Assembly: GCA_965637545.1 (NCBI GenBank)
Contig: OZ281500.1
Coordinates: forward strand, 7,998,001 to 8,062,000
Direction of reading: 5' to 3'
DNA length: 64,000 nt
Source of the DNA: Phallusia mammillata
Lineage: Eukaryota
The notes below the pieces were generated by a model. The model worked only from the letters and a program-made list of their open reading frames with translations, did no database searches and was not told the DNA's origin. Shown here one piece after another: positions 49,435 through 64,000 of the stretch. The position numbers were made by a program, and so were the translations under genes. Positions within the stretch are counted from its first letter, which is position 1, and each line of letters opens with the position of its first letter.

Positions 49435-52400
49435 TTGGCTAATTGTATTCGACCACAACGTCTTGGAAGTCCCGTTATCAGCGGATTTTCGTTTCACTGA
49501 TTAGGAACCAAAGTTGTACGCCGGTAGGGCTTTCTGGGTGTAAAAAGGCTTCATTTGGGCCAAACGGGATTAATGTGGGAATGAATTCAATTTCTCGGCC
49601 TTATGCCGCAATTTTACAGACTTTTGGCCTATAAGTTGATCGAATTTCGGCCTGGTTTGAACTTGTGCTTTTGGGTTGGATTCGGGCCACTTGTAACTCT
49701 GTTTGGAACAGTTACCTCCTGTTGATGTTCATTTGACGAATGGTGTTTTTGCTTACTGTGACTGCACAAGCAACCGTTCAGAAGCACATCCAGAAAACGG
49801 CTGTTAAACCTTTGCACAAACAACGACGTTTTCCTCAATCAAAATCTTTTCTGTTACAGTGCTGTATTTTTTATGCTTTGATCGATAATCTGACTGCTAT
49901 GAACCCGTAACTCGTTATTTCAGTGTTTGCTTTCTTCAGTCGACGCGTGTTCCTGCTAAACATCAGTTTTAACGCCGAGGGTCTTTAATTTTGTCAATGC
50001 TCTTTTTACATTTTTGTCGCTTTTGTGTCAATGACCTAAGGTACTGTTCCACATTTATTGTTGTAAAACAGACCAACTGTGCTGTAATTTATGATGGATC
50101 GACTGTTTGAACAGACGATTGGCCATGTGTGAAAAACAGGCTGTTTCCCGTTCTGGCTAATGGTCCATAATGCCTCTTTTTGTCATATAGTTTTTGTCGT
50201 GTTGTCGATATTTTCTGTAGGTGTCGTACCGCCCTCTTTTGTTTATTGTGACTGTGCAATCTGGCAGATTATATATTACGTTTTGTGTGACAGTTCTAAT
50301 TTTAAATATAGTACAGTTCATTGAGAACGTGTTTATTGCAATTCGTTTCGGTGTCAACTTTTTAGGCCGATTAATAATGTGTGCAGTTTGTCATTGCATA
50401 TAGGACAACAAATCAAATGCTGGAGCTAGGAACTTTTGGTAAAACAAGGTAAATACAAAGTAAGGAAGTTTTTCGTTAAGGGCAGCGGATTTTGTATTTC
50501 AGTTTGTTTTTATCAGCACTTGAATACAATTAAAAAAAAATTGGAAGCATGACCTCAACCAATAATTTCAATTTTAAACACTAAAAAGAGGTTGGGTGTA
50601 CAAAGTTTTACTTCGATGCATAAAGATTAAGTGGGTTAAACTAACGTTACATCGGTATATTAACGTGGGGTTTGCCCATCATATATCATCAAATTTGAAC
50701 AAGATAACGTATGCTGGGCTCCTGTTTGTTTTTGACCTCGGTCTCTTTTTGTATCTTCAAACTATTTGTAACAGTGTAAAGCGTCGTAGGACCGCTTGAA
50801 AAGCAAATTTGCTGTTTCTATATAAGTTTCAAATCAGGCCAAAAGCTGACTATTGGCGCCTACTGCAAAGATCATCTTCTTTTCTCGGTAACTCATTAAT
50901 GAACCTTAACCCCGCAACACACACCCGTCTTTAAAATGTGTTTGAATCTGCGTCACAAAAACGCGCTCAGTTCCTCGAATTCGCACAAAACACATTAGAA
51001 TGTGGTTAGCATATTGAACTTGTGGTGGTATTAACAAACATTAAGATTGAATGTCTGACTTTCGTGGTGAGTTGGGCGCAACTTAAACAAACCAATGTGT
51101 TAAAAATATTTAAAATCTCTATATATTCGCTTTAATTTTTAAACGAATAAAGTAGGTTTGCATTTCAAGTCCAGAAAAACATTATCGATGAAACAAACGT
51201 ACCTAAGTCATAAATATATGTTCGAAAGAGAGAAACGTCGTATTTTCCGTAAATTGCGTTTTTCTAAATTAAAACACTCAGGAAATGGAGTGAAAAAATT
51301 CGATATGTTTGCTGACTCCCTTTGATTTATTTTGCCAAGACCTCGCTGACAGAAAAGCCGTTTCTGCGTTTACATTTAGATCAAACGGAAATATACAGAA
51401 ATAGATTGTAAATCCCCGCAGCGTTCTCCTTCCGTTTTGTAGCTCTTTGACAGGAAAGGAAACATGGAAACAGAACAGATTGTGCGAGCAATAAATCGAT
51501 GGGCATGATTTTGTTGATACGATGGCCAAATTAGTCGTTGTTGGTTTGGCGTGGTATTATTTGTGTTCCGGTGATTTACTATTTTAGAATTAATTCATCG
51601 GAAGCAATCGCCGAAGATATCCTAAAGGAAACGGATACCGCCGGCTGCATTGATGCCTCAAACAATGTGCCACACAAACAAGGTCAACGAACTATGTGGC
51701 GCTATTCATGAACACTTTTACAACACTTTAAAACTGCAATTATCGTGCTATTGCGGCTTTTTTTCCATTATCTTTCCATGTTAACCTTTCCATCAAACAT
51801 TGCGTCTTGCCTTTTCAAGCGCGCCAAAACGATTTCCAGAAAGAAGGGCTTCAAAGTTAACAGTCACCAAATAGTTATTCAGTCGAATTCCGCCCGGACA
51901 CGCTCGCAATCACGGTAACGGTCGATTCCAGGGAAAAAGTTAATAATTTACTTGTTTGCATACCGACCACGGTTACTGTAGTAACGTTAACAATGCATTC
52001 GTGCACGTGGTAATTGCAAAGCCACACTGCAAGGGTTGCTAAAACACAATTTACGATCATATAAGTTCATCTTGTAGTTGAACAGTGCTGTTGATATTGG
52101 TAGGTAAATAGTATAGGTGCCTACGCATTTGCTGTTTTGAATTTTTACATTTAGTTCTTCGTCCTTGCACCACAACATGACTGCAATGCAGTTTTGAACG
52201 AAACCCTAACCACATCCAAACAAAACGAAAATGAATGTGTTGAGAAAAAATATATCAAACAACAATGAAAATTGTTTGTTGTGTTTTATTTTCATATTTT
52301 TGATATCTCGTGACATTATTTTTTAAAGATTTGTGTTAGAAAGTTTAGCATCAATGGAAAGTTTGATAAGATAGAAACTTTCTGAAACAAAATTCGAAAC

Positions 52401-53135
52401 ATAGACAAGACGATATTTTTGCGGTATTACCTTCTCCCTGCACCAAATGCAATGCTTATACTAGTGCTTTGATATATTCCTTCTTCGTGACGATTTTCCC
52501 AAGTTTCGTCACGTTAATTTTTCAACAAATGTAAAAAACTGAAATCTCTATTAATTGCTTTGGTGGAACAAATACGTTTTTTGATGCGTTATTTTCATGC
52601 ATTTGCAATTACCTTTTTTTCTGCTGTAGCCTTTTGTAAATGAAAAAGGATTTCATTGCCAACTTGCATTTCCCCATTGTTTATACAAATCACACAGCCG
52701 AATACACATTCTAGTATTACAATCATATACAGTATAGTACACAAAGCAAGTTTAGTATTAAACCACTTTTCTTTGAAAGTCGTGTCACTGCCTTCCACTA
52801 TCCGTTTTTACTGCCACCAAATTGCTTTTATCAGGTCTTTGCATTCCAATCCTTTTTTATTCTAAGACTATTTTTACTTGACAACGAACAATATTCTTTT
52901 TCAAAGAACACGTGCAGGTCAAACCCGCCAAATGTATGCATAGTCTACGCTGCACCCCCAAAAAGATTAAAATATTCGAACAAATAATATTCAAAATATC
53001 TAATACGGATTTGCAGACTTTGTCATTTTCACATTGCATCATATTTATTTTGGTATACACCTGTAGTGTAATGGGTATACCCCATAAGACCGGTAAATTA
53101 GCACGACGTTTGTGCATTGTGCAGCAGCACATAAT

Positions 53136-53313
53136 CAGTTGTGGGATTCGGCCGGCTCGCACCAGTTCTATAGAACCGTCTCACGAAATTTTGAGATCAG
53201 CGAACCGGTTAGCATTATTGGTTACTGTCAATGGACGTTTTGTAACAGAACCGGCTAAAAAATATGACTTTTGTGATAGGACCGGCTGACAAAAAACTTG
53301 AATCCCACCACTG
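53136..53313. mobile_element. Short hAT-type MITE
   Basis: TIR CAGTTGTGGGATTC / GAATCCCACCACTG (1 mismatch). Flanks CACATAAT / CACATATC (6/8). Internal AACCGG repeats. Confidence 0.7.
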
Positions 53314-54696
53314 CACATATCAGTGTGTCAAGCTGTAATTGGACTGAGCAAACAAATCACACTTGATCAGCGACCAAAACTGGCCATGATGGGCACTTCA
53401 AACTAAATATGAATGTGAACATTGATTCTTTGGTGGCTGGGGTCAAACCGCAGCACCCCAATTGAGTACATACCCAACAAGCTGACGCGTGTACGTTTAG
53501 CAAACACCAGTGGGTCGTTAGTAGGGGTGTAGTTGTTTCGGGAGCATTACGACACCAAATAGCCCAAATTACAAATAAGACCAACAAAAGATTTTTTTAT
53601 TTGTGGCTGCTTTGTGGTTGCCCATACCTCAGAGTAGAATTTTTGGTATTTATAAAGTAAAATATTTGGTTTTTGTAAAGATTTGGAAAGTTTTCTTCGC
53701 TGCAAATTATCACATACTGTTAAACGATCAAATTTTCAATTTCTGCCCATTTTTAATTTGCTCGGTAAAGTGTGATAAATTGCATGTTCACAAAAAAACT
53801 CAAAACTTTAACTGTTCTAAAACAGTCTTAACCAGACACGCCCTTTGGACATAGTTTTGTTGTATTCTTTTGCAAGGTGACAGAATAATAATATTACAAA
53901 CGCCAAAAAAGTAAGAAGAGATGAAACAGTAGGAATAAGAAAACAGGAAGTACAAATAGTTGGTAAAAAAACAAATTCGAAAGACGCACGAAACACGCAG
54001 AATGTAGTTTATGTGTTGCGAAGGCTACTGCCGAATGGACTGCTATAAAACTAGTCTTGATGCAGCCACGAAAGAGTAACGACGCAGAGCAAAAGCGAGT
54101 TTGTTTGCAAAAATAGCGTGCTAAGCAAAAGCAGCCGAGTACAAACAGTTCGAATGATGTCTTTCAATCCGCAAAAAAACGTGTTTAGGTTTATTTGCAA
54201 AATTATGTGTATGGTAGTATTTTTTCCCATTAGAAGGCTTGCGGTGTAATATGTTGTCCCCAAATGCACCCGTTTAAACAAATAAGAAGCTACTGCAATT
54301 AAACAGTCATAACATTTATGTTGGCAAACCATTTTTATAAAGGAATTTTCTGATATGGCACTGACATGAGATGCGAATTGCAAACATGAACTAACGTGAT
54401 GTTATACCTAAGTGGTATTACTGCCCTCTAAGAGCAATGCAATGTAAAATATAAAAGCAAGTTGTGTTTGAAACCTTCAAACATCGAATACTTCAGAACA
54501 TGCGTCAATTTTGGTCGGTTCAGTAAGGAACCAAATGTGGCTCAAGCGCAAGTGCAGTTGCGTTGCTTTCGCTGCTCTCACTACAGAAAAGAGCAAGTGT
54601 TTTAGACCAATACAATTCAGACGTGAACTTCAGAGGAATATTGTTGGTCGCGTTTGGCGCAAAAAAAGACGCCAAAGTTTTTAAACGTGAGACAAA

Positions 54697-57600
54697 CTAG
54701 GAATCAAACAGCGATAGAATATTGTCTTCCTCCGTGCTATTGTTGTCCATACCGGAGGTAGGAGGGAGGCTGGTTGGGTTAAAAATGTCAAAGTCCAAAT
54801 CCGGTAGACTCTGTAAATGTTAACAATTTGAATTTGTTTTGCGCTATTATTTTGGATTTTTAGAATTATGTTGGCATCATTATATTTTTATCCAAATTCA
54901 CCGGCCAGTTAATGCTAAAAGCAAAAACAGAAAACAGAAAAAAATGAAAATCAAATCACGAAGTGGCCACTAATTATTACCTGATAGGGGGATTTTTAAC
55001 ATTAGAAAAGGTTAATAATTACATCGAATTTTTTTATTTGAACAGAGATAAGTCACGCAGCTTGAGAACACACAGACCCTAAAGCAGTATAGGGGCAACT
55101 GCTTTGCCGACCACCGAGCACACACCACTCAGGTTAAGTATTGTACTGTTCATACATACATAATATAAAAAAAACATTGCAATGTATTGTTCTCACCTGC
55201 AAAGCCCCGGTGTCGTCCCCGTCGTCTCCTTTAACACTTGGATCAGCAGCGAAAGGTAGCGATGGAATATCGACTGGCTCGGTTCCCGTGGCATCCTGGC
55301 TGCTCAGTATCGACTCAAGGGCATCGTCAAACGAATCGCACGGTGGAATGCTTTGCGGCGCGAAGGCGGGAGTAGCTGGGTTAGCTATTGGGGTCATTGG
55401 GTTATTAGTATTGTTTGTGGTACCAGACGAAAAGGAGCCGCTAGTGGAGACAGGTGTCGGACAGCATCCAACCGACTGTGGAGTGAGAGCACTGCTGCTG
55501 CTAGGTGGCCTCATTGGAGTGCTTGGTCCTTGCGGCGTCTTTGGGTTACTTGTGTTGCGGCGCTACGAAAATTGTTAATATATTTTTTAAACGTTTGTTA
55601 AAGATTTATGTCATTTAAACATCGATTAGATTCCAACGCATTGTCACTGCATAGCAAGTACCCAAATACCACATTTCAAATGAGCTTTATAGGTACAAAG
55701 TAGTAACTAATCCATCTCGTGCTGATTGTGTGACTTGGGTACGGCAGACCACAGATACTTTTCACAGTGCAACAATACAAAAACTTACGTTTGGAGAACC
55801 ACCGTTCTTAAAGAAGGCAGGATGATTGAGTCTTTTCTCTATAGTAACTACGTCGCTGGCGGCGATGTTGTCTCCCATCTCTGCGGTCATGGGCACAGCG
55901 GATGAACTGCACTGGAAGTGAGGGGTTGAAGGGTCAGCAGTTTGTCCACCAGATGTCGACATAGAGCCACCGGACGTTATACGACTAAAATCGTAGCTGT
56001 GAGGAAACCCTGAAAATCCAGACAAAAATATATTGATATCTAACATATCAACATATAAAACTAAAGGAATAAATGTAGGTAAGGCAATATGCAATGAAAT
56101 CACAAGAATTGCAATTGGCCAAGCAGGAAATCTTCTTATAGGTCACACTGCAACTTGCGTTGATTCGACTGTAGGACATATATATTCCGCTGGGAGAATC
56201 AATTAATGTCACAGGGTCGATATCAAAAACATGTTGATTCGCATCCACAACCTTAAGGAGAATCGAACAACTGCTTGCGACCGCCAATGACGGCTGCAAA
56301 ACGGAGACGACATCGACGGGTGGTCATATTACATCACAGCATAGGCGTGGTCTTGTGGTATTGTATTTATACATTACATATACGCCTTTACTCCAGCAGC
56401 GGATGTACGCAAATGCATGTAAACAAGTGGTCATTGGAGCTGTTATTTTTATCCGGAAAGCAACCTGGTGCGGTTTTCAATTGAAAGAGGGAATTTCTCA
56501 ATCTTACCGGAGTTATTTTCGGTTGGTGTTGGCCGATTACAAGGCAGTGAAGAAGAAAGGTTAGGAGCGGGAATGTTGTTCAGGCTGGCATTGGGAGAGG
56601 TGACAGTACGCAGACGCTTGTCTAAAAAAAAAACAAGTGGTTACTCAAAGCGCTACCTGCGGTGGCACTGTAATAACAGAAGCACAAGCGTTAACCCACA
56701 AATGGTTATATAGGGCATCGGTAAGGTATAGCTCTTCATACACTCAGCACTGTATAAGATCCTAACGATGACCAGTCAACATTCGATGAGCACTTGACAC
56801 TTACACGTGGGGCAAGCGTAACTTTTACAAAACAGCAACTTACTAGGGGGGCCGTCTGGGTCAGGTTTAATATGAAGTTGGCCAGGCCGGTGCATGTTAA
56901 TTTCTTGCTTCATCTCTTGTTTTACGCTAAGAACACTCATCAGTGTTTCTTGCTTGACGGCAAAGTCTCCGGGGGTGCTGATTGGTTCAGGTTTTATGTG
57001 GAACGCACTTGTATCCGTTCGTTCGCTCTTTACAACCCCGCCTGTCGGACCCTCGTCTATGGAGGGGTACATGCCAGGGTAACGAGGTAAACCGGCGTCC
57101 CCGGGGCCCGGCAGTGGGTTCCAGTGACAGTTGGAGTCAATTGCGACGATGCTACAGTCACGGTCTTGCAAGGATTTGAAGATCCCTTGCAGGAATTCGT
57201 CGATCTCCAAGACAGCGGGGGGAGCGGTTTTCCTAAAAACGTAAACGATATTTGAGGATAAAAGCAACAAAACAACGGTGTTTGAAAGTTAAAGATAGTG
57301 GTTTTGTTTTAAGTGGTGTTTACCTGCAAATCGGACAAATCCAGGTGGCGTTGTCGCTGTTAAACTGCAGGTATGACTCCAAATCAAAGCACTGTGAAGA
57401 AAAATACATTTTATCTCGTGCCTGTATGGAGTTTCGCACGACTACGCACTACTATATATTATTCCTTTTCCTAAAATAGCTTTAGTTTTCAAGTGATCAA
57501 CTTTAGATTATAGGGGTTTTGGGTTGTTTGTTGAACCTTTGTCATTGCAAGTTCAATGACCGGGCAAACTGGGTTGGCGCACTCTACGAGATATATTTAG

Positions 57601-60600
57601 ACAGGCAATGATATCATTTATACCCAATTCTGTCTTCCCCCACTAACATTTGTGACACACCGACAATAGGACCGTGACTAAACAGAATCTCAACAAACTA
57701 CAGTAGTGCATAAAAACGGATCAGGTCACGATCACGCTTCATGAGTAGTTTCCCCCAGTTCCAAAGAAACCCGCGAAGCAGGAGTTTCTCCTTAACCAAC
57801 ACCTTCGGCGCAAGGTAATAGGTCACATACTTGGTGATAATGATAAACGTTCGAAGAAACTCGGTCATGCTAAATGTCAATAGACAGAGCACATTTCCGA
57901 TGACCTAAGCTCATTTCAAATGGTACCTTCGTAAAACGGTTAGCATCTTAGTAAAAAGAGATTTTGCAATTGTGTTGACGTAACAATTTGGAAAAAACAG
58001 ACTTTATATTACAAAAACGTATAGTAAGCCTCGGTTAGGGGTAATGCGGGTTTCGGTTAATCCGGATCTTCGCCTGATTCGGACAAAACTAGAGGTACAA
58101 AATGATTTTGTAGTTTGATTCTGGATAACGCCTTCAATGGGCCTGGTAAGAATTGAACTAATCGACATCAGCAATCCGGATTTTCGTCTCATCCCGATAT
58201 TTTTTTTAAAAAACACGCCTAAATATTATTATGGATTTTGCTGTTTTAGAGGTCAAAAGCACTTATTATTTGACTGTGCAAAAATACAGACCATGGGTCA
58301 ATTTTTGATAAAGGACGCAACTCCCACCTGTATGTGTTTGCAATCCTGGCCACGAGCTGGTATCTGGATCCTGTTGCCCGAGATGCAGCAGCTCAACGAG
58401 ATTCGCACGGAAGTAGTTGTCCGCTCACTAGCACCGCTGCTGTCTCCATTTGTCGCCGTTGTCACAATGGAGTTGTTTGCCGCTATCGCCCCGCTGCTGA
58501 AGTGGCGCTGGACTGCAAGATGGTAGATGCACGTATGAATATTTCATTAGTTCTGTCACGGGAATAGCGAGCGTAGTGGCGAGCTCGTCAGCGAAATCCC
58601 GCTTCCATGCAATAAGTGCGTCACCGGCACGCCGCACATTGCGACCTTTAATGACTTTTCGCTACGACTGGTGGATGTTTAAAAAAGGAAATACTTTTTG
58701 GTGAAAGAACCACGCCGTATTATAGGGTTTTTAACAGGAAGAATCTCTGCATTAGCAGATACGTTCTACATCGTCTTAAACAATCTGCTAACGTTATAAT
58801 TTTTGTAAGCAGAAAAATACAAATGATTATTTTATTGTTGAAATTATATGCCATACTTGTATAATACAAAGGGAGTGCGTGCGCTATAACGCAACAACGG
58901 TTTAGCTTCTAATGAGGCCACAGACATACGATTAAGCAAGCGATAGTGTAATGTTTATTGTAACACACGCTCTATAGGATGTTTATGTATATGTACGGAA
59001 CCACTTAGAATCCATGCCTCTGCGTTGGAACACTTATAATTGTGTACGTAGGCTAACAAAAACATTGGCAGAGTAATATGAAGACGTATATTTACTTTTT
59101 GCCATGCATCTGCTGTCAGGCAACGCTCGCTTCTGCAGCAGACCCTTGAGGATGTATCGGATGGTGGGACGCTGCACCAGTTGAAGACTGAAGAAGTGAG
59201 ACTGCGAAACAACAAACAAAGTGTTAACACTGTGCACGTAGGTTTGTGCCGATCCAAAAGTATAATGTAGCGTCGCAACAAACATTTGAAGATGTGTTGC
59301 GCAACCAAGCAAGGTTAAAGGTCCAGGTTTCTGAGAAACGCCTGGAACGATCCGTTGCATGTCAGTTTCGAATGCCAATTTAGCGGCAGCGCTCGCACTA
59401 TTTAATCCCCTTATCGGTGAGGAATTCAGGCACGGTATGTTAAACATTTCCTATGTGCTCTTTGTACTTGTTTCCCGACGCATGGTGTGGTCCTCACCGA
59501 GTGTGTCGGTGCGCGAAGGGACAGACAAAACTATAAGCCTATACTGGTATCAACAATACAAATACGACAAAGTAACTTAAAATTGCCAACAATTCTACTT
59601 TTGCGGTGATTACTACTTACACAGCAGCATGCAGAAACCGTGATGGTGATTTCATTGCGGCCGGGACGACAGACTTTTTTCAGGTACAAGGGCTTATGCG
59701 TTGATCGCGACTGTCCACGGGTGATTGGCATCGGAGTCGAGTTGACGTTTACCTACAAAGTGGCAACAATAACTGTATTAGGTTCACAGCTTTCAAGTTT
59801 ATTTAAGCAACGTCTATCGAAAGACTATAGTTTTCAGTTGGTTGATTGGCATATGCGAGGACTATACCTGGACATTAAGAGGCCAGTTGGTATGCTTCAA
59901 TAGGTCTTCGTGATGATAGCACTTGAACTGAAGATCCAAATCAGGCCTGTGTTAATAAACGAAAACAATACCATGTTAGGTCAGCGTGCATTGCTTTAGC
60001 GGTATTTGATGTAACCCGAACAGGTACATGTCAGACACTTTTTATTTCTGCAGTTAAAACTATTTCAAGATTGAGATCATCAAAAAAAAGATGTGCACTG
60101 AGTATGAGATTCAGCAGTGGTTTTGTCTGAATCATACCGCACATTTACATCCAGATTAAAGACAAAAATATATTCACAGTTTAAAAACAATCAGCACTAC
60201 ATTAATGTCACTGTAAATGTCGCGGTGTGTCACACCACTATAGTATGACGTTGAATGTCAAAGCTGCCCCTGTTTCATGACAAATGTCACCATCGTGACA
60301 TGAAAACACAGTCAGGGAAGAGCTACCAGACTCACCTCTCAAATAGGGTTTTATGTATGTGCGGTTTGATGGCAAAAGCCCGTGTACTGACGCTTCGGTT
60401 GTGTTCCAAACGAAAGGCGTCAAGCACGACTCCATCACGGATGGTGAACACCAGTCGCTGTTCGTCAACACCTACAAGCATCACATAGGATAACAGGTGC
60501 GCTGGTGGCGTGAAGACCATTATGTGCCTACGCATCCTAACTGTCTTACACGCCTGTCATCAGGTTGATCTGTGTTCACCTGGCCGAGGGAAAGGCCATG

Positions 60601-62766
60601 AAATTGACAAGGCAAATTTTGTAGCAAACTGGCTTACGGGACCTCTGCGGTTACACCCTATAGCTGGCTGTCGTAGCTTATTGAAACCTAAACAACTAAC
60701 GAGGCGTTGCAACGCATGATTTCATGAATTGATAGCGAGGCTATGCAGTGTCCTGCGACTACCAGGAATTTGCTTCGCTGCTCAAAGTGCGACCTAGCCT
60801 AGTAACGCATGCCTGAGCCGGACAGCTCGGCGACGCCCGCTTTCATGAGGACTTGTCACGAAGGGCCGACCAGTGACTGACATGGCAGTGGAAACACTCG
60901 ACTCGATGCATGACATTAAAACGCGTTTTGCGCAAATACCCTTGAGGCAATGAGTGCGGTGGCTGACAGGAAAGTGCAACCATGAAGTGCCGCCTGTCGG
61001 AGAAAGGGCATTGCTTTGCGACGGCTGGTTGCGACCAGCACGTGTTTAGACGGCAAGTACAGGCCTCGATCTTATCACGAACGGAGTCGGCACAATAACT
61101 CTCTGCATCTCACCAGCAAACCCGCAGACGTGAAAAGCCGACTCTAGATCCACGGTCTTAAGCGTGGCATTTCTAGGCGGATTTGGGCGATGCGTGTGGG
61201 AGTTGGCGCACGTATAAGTGTGCTGACAAATTTGACATTGACGATGTAACAAACAAGGGTGTCAGCTACGCTCTAGCGCTACAGTTGGATCTCTTAAAAT
61301 TCCATAGAGGCTGTATATAATCGAAAATGGGCATTGTCAATCTTGGGGTTGAATACTTTCGATTCTCATGAACAGTTCGCAGCGCATCACAACCGACCAT
61401 TAGAACATACCATCCGTGTCGAATTTTTCCATGTTTGGATAAGGTGGGACGTTGTGGGCGCTGCCCGGCGTCAGGGGTGGCGTAGGATTGCCCGGAATAG
61501 GATTTGGCTGTTGTGAATTGGGGTAAGGCATCGACCGCATCTGCATGAGGTTAAATTGTTTGGTTAGCGTTGGAAATAAAAAAAATCCACATACAATTAT
61601 TTATTTTTTAAGCTAAAATGATGGCTTTCGTATATACTGCCATATTTTTCATATTTAACGATTTACTATAGTTTACGATTCCTGCTCAAAGATTTACTAC
61701 AAAGAAAGGGATCCCCCAAAAGAGCTATCGTTTATGGACATGTTAGATGTTTGGACATATTGGATAATACGCATTATGAATGCATTTAGAAACGGTACGT
61801 CGTACCGTGCTACAAAGTTTTCCATTAAATTTAAACGACAATATAATGCTGTGAATGTGCCCTTTTACCTACTGCATGAGATAATATGCTGCAAACACAA
61901 ATATTACTACTGTATTGAACACCTGCACATAACACGATACCCCAACACCTGGCATCGAAATCAATACCTCATTGGGATAGTGAGGGGGATACGGCCTGGG
62001 ACCTTGTCCGTAGGGGTGCGGTTCAGTGATGGATGGGTTGCCTTGGTAGAACTGATGTTGGGGTGAGGGCCCGGTCCTGGGGCTATAACCCTGTGCGGTG
62101 GGGGTCGTGGGACCCTGCGGGAGGTGAATGGTTGGGTGTGGCAGTGTGTCCCCCGGCTTGTTAAAGTGTCCCGGCATGTTCGGGGTCCCGTTGTATGGTC
62201 CTTGGCCCATCGGCTGTGCATGAAAGACATTGTCAAGTGGTGCTCGACGAAAGAAATCGGTTGCGTAACGTTTATTGCTGAAAGGTTCTGTTACACGCTT
62301 TGCTGTTATTGCTTTGACCTTTATTCCGTGAGAAACAAGTTAACTCGAAATAAGAAAGTTGACGAAACAAATAGTTCTTATACAGTGCCCCGAAAAATGG
62401 GATTAACTGAGCACGTTTGCATCTCATTTCTCATGCTTTTTCAAAGTCAAAATCAGAGGGCAAAAAAGCGAATCAAACCTGTTGTGGACGACATGATTGC
62501 TTGTACATATCATTGTTGCACATTGACCCGTTAAGGCTAGCGGTCCGTGGCGAGGTCATTCCACCGCCCATTTGATAAGGAGCGGAAGAGGGCGGACCCC
62601 GTCCGTAATGAGGGGTCATCTGGGGTCTCGTCCGGTTCGACTGGGACATAACGGGATACCCCATGCCATGTTGTTGGTTGGGAGAGTAATGTTGCCCAGG
62701 GTGGTGCGAGACGTTTTGGTGCATATGATAGTTGGGGCCATGATGACCTCCCGGACCGTTTTGCAT
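54697..62766 (-). CDS. ZMIZ1/2: Zinc finger MIZ domain protein (ZMIZ1/2; SP-RING), at least 857 aa, at least 14 exons; true 5' end uncertain
   Basis: Exons 62766-62479, 62213-61968, 61540-61411, 60471-60336, 59946-59868, 59752-59621, 59201-59096, 58512-58328, 57391-57324, 57232-56844, 56621-56508, 56009-55789, 55562-55197, 54810-54697 are in frame (2574 nt). Motifs: [74 protein letters not shown]...WICPIC, C-terminal DNILSLFDS. Confidence 0.95.
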
Positions 62767-64000
62767 CTAAAAACAAGAAATTTGAATAATGAATGAATTG
62801 ATGTGTACACACAATTTTGTGTCAACAAGTTTCATACAAGGTTAAATGTAAAAAGATTAAACGGGTAACCCAATCGAGCTCCCACAGATTTGTGCTACAC
62901 CAATGAAAGGTCTTTTATGCGCTAAAGCAAATTCTCATTACATGTAATATAAATTCAAAAACAGGGATCAGACATAGTGTAATCAAAATACAAAACACAT
63001 AGTAATATCATTCATTATACTTTCATTTCGCACTACGCAAAGCAACCTATACATTGGCAGGTAAACATGATGATGAAACAACAAACGCTCAATACAAGGA
63101 CGGATATCAACTGCAACGTGAGCACGATCACAGGGCCGACAATTCTGCGATCACACCAAGTGGGATAATGGATTGTCCCGGGCGTAGTCCTCTGTCAAAA
63201 CAACACAAAGCGCGCGCATTCCAACCCTGATCCCATCTCCGGGTTGTTTGGCAGCGGGTGCTCCCACGATGCAAGGACTCAGGTGGTAAGGCGCCATTTT
63301 GTCGCGCACGAAATCGTAGAGCAAACTGTATGATCGCTTATCATTCCCGAATCAATAACGAACCTGTCATAGAGGGAATATCACCCAGCTAACTCACATG
63401 ATTGACTGGTAGGCACTGTTTTCTGTTCATTCATACGAGAGCTTTGGCTAAATCTTATAGGCAACCGCGAACGCTTCCGATCAAGGCAAAAGAGATTACA
63501 TTAATATTTTACCACGGGAGAGATTCGCCACTCGTCGATTAAAAACCGAAACCAGCACGTCCCGAGAAAAAGGTAACACGCTAAATTTCCAAACGAAAGA
63601 TATGTCATCTTACAAAACGGTGGATTTTTCAGTGTCCCCCTTTTCCAATTACAAACTAAACGTTTATGTTAAACCACGTAATTGGACTTTAAAAGCTTTT
63701 TTAAAGACAGTGACGACCCGATGGAATGTGTACATAGGGTTTATTATGTATTGCGTAAATTACTGCCTTGCTTTTATATAAAAAAAGAGCAATATAAAGC
63801 ACCGTCGAAGACTTTCTTTAATTCATAACCAGGGCTAATCTATAATGCCCCATTGCAAAGATCTGCTGGTTGAAATTGCAAAACGCCGTTTGCACGAAAT
63901 GCAACATATCCCTTTCTGGACATTTGCAGGGACAAATTTAAAGTGAAATAGTGTAAAGAACATTAAACGAAAACAGTATGTCTGTAGAAGACCAAATTCT

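Noticed and set aside
49435-54696. Numerous 60-125 aa ORFs between IRF and ZMIZ
   Set aside because: AT-rich convergent 3'UTR/intergenic sequence. The ORFs are Phe/Ile/Cys-biased as expected by chance and show no family-like helical or proline motifs.
56048-56299. Possible extra ZMIZ exon after a TTGCAG acceptor
   Set aside because: The required phase-1 frame hits a stop after 13 codons. Exons 56621-56508 and 56009-55789 join in frame without it.

Overview
This is a eukaryotic, AT-rich, gene-dense window with short GT-AG introns. It is most like an invertebrate chordate such as an ascidian, but that is inferred from genome style only. Genes rebuilt by hand from splice sites, in order: Sar1 (minus, runs off the left edge), Sec24A/B (21 coding exons, head-to-head with Sar1), SETD6, H2A.Z, Maelstrom, an IRF1/2-type factor, and ZMIZ1/2. 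Between Maelstrom and the IRF gene (about 28.5-39.7 kb) is an array of small genes I cannot assign to a known family: five diverged paralogues (A-E, 126-155 aa) at eight loci. They share a coiled-coil-like N-terminal helix, SH3-type proline motifs in the linker (A, B, C, E), SH2-type tyrosine motifs and a conserved ~45-aa C-terminal helical module. A, B, C and E also share a phase-1 intron. A ~4.12-kb, ~99.6%-identical head-to-tail duplication copied B, C and most of A. Six short non-autonomous hAT-type elements with 8-bp target-site duplications, plus degenerate remnants, are scattered through the window. All coordinates were read by eye and may be off by a few bases.
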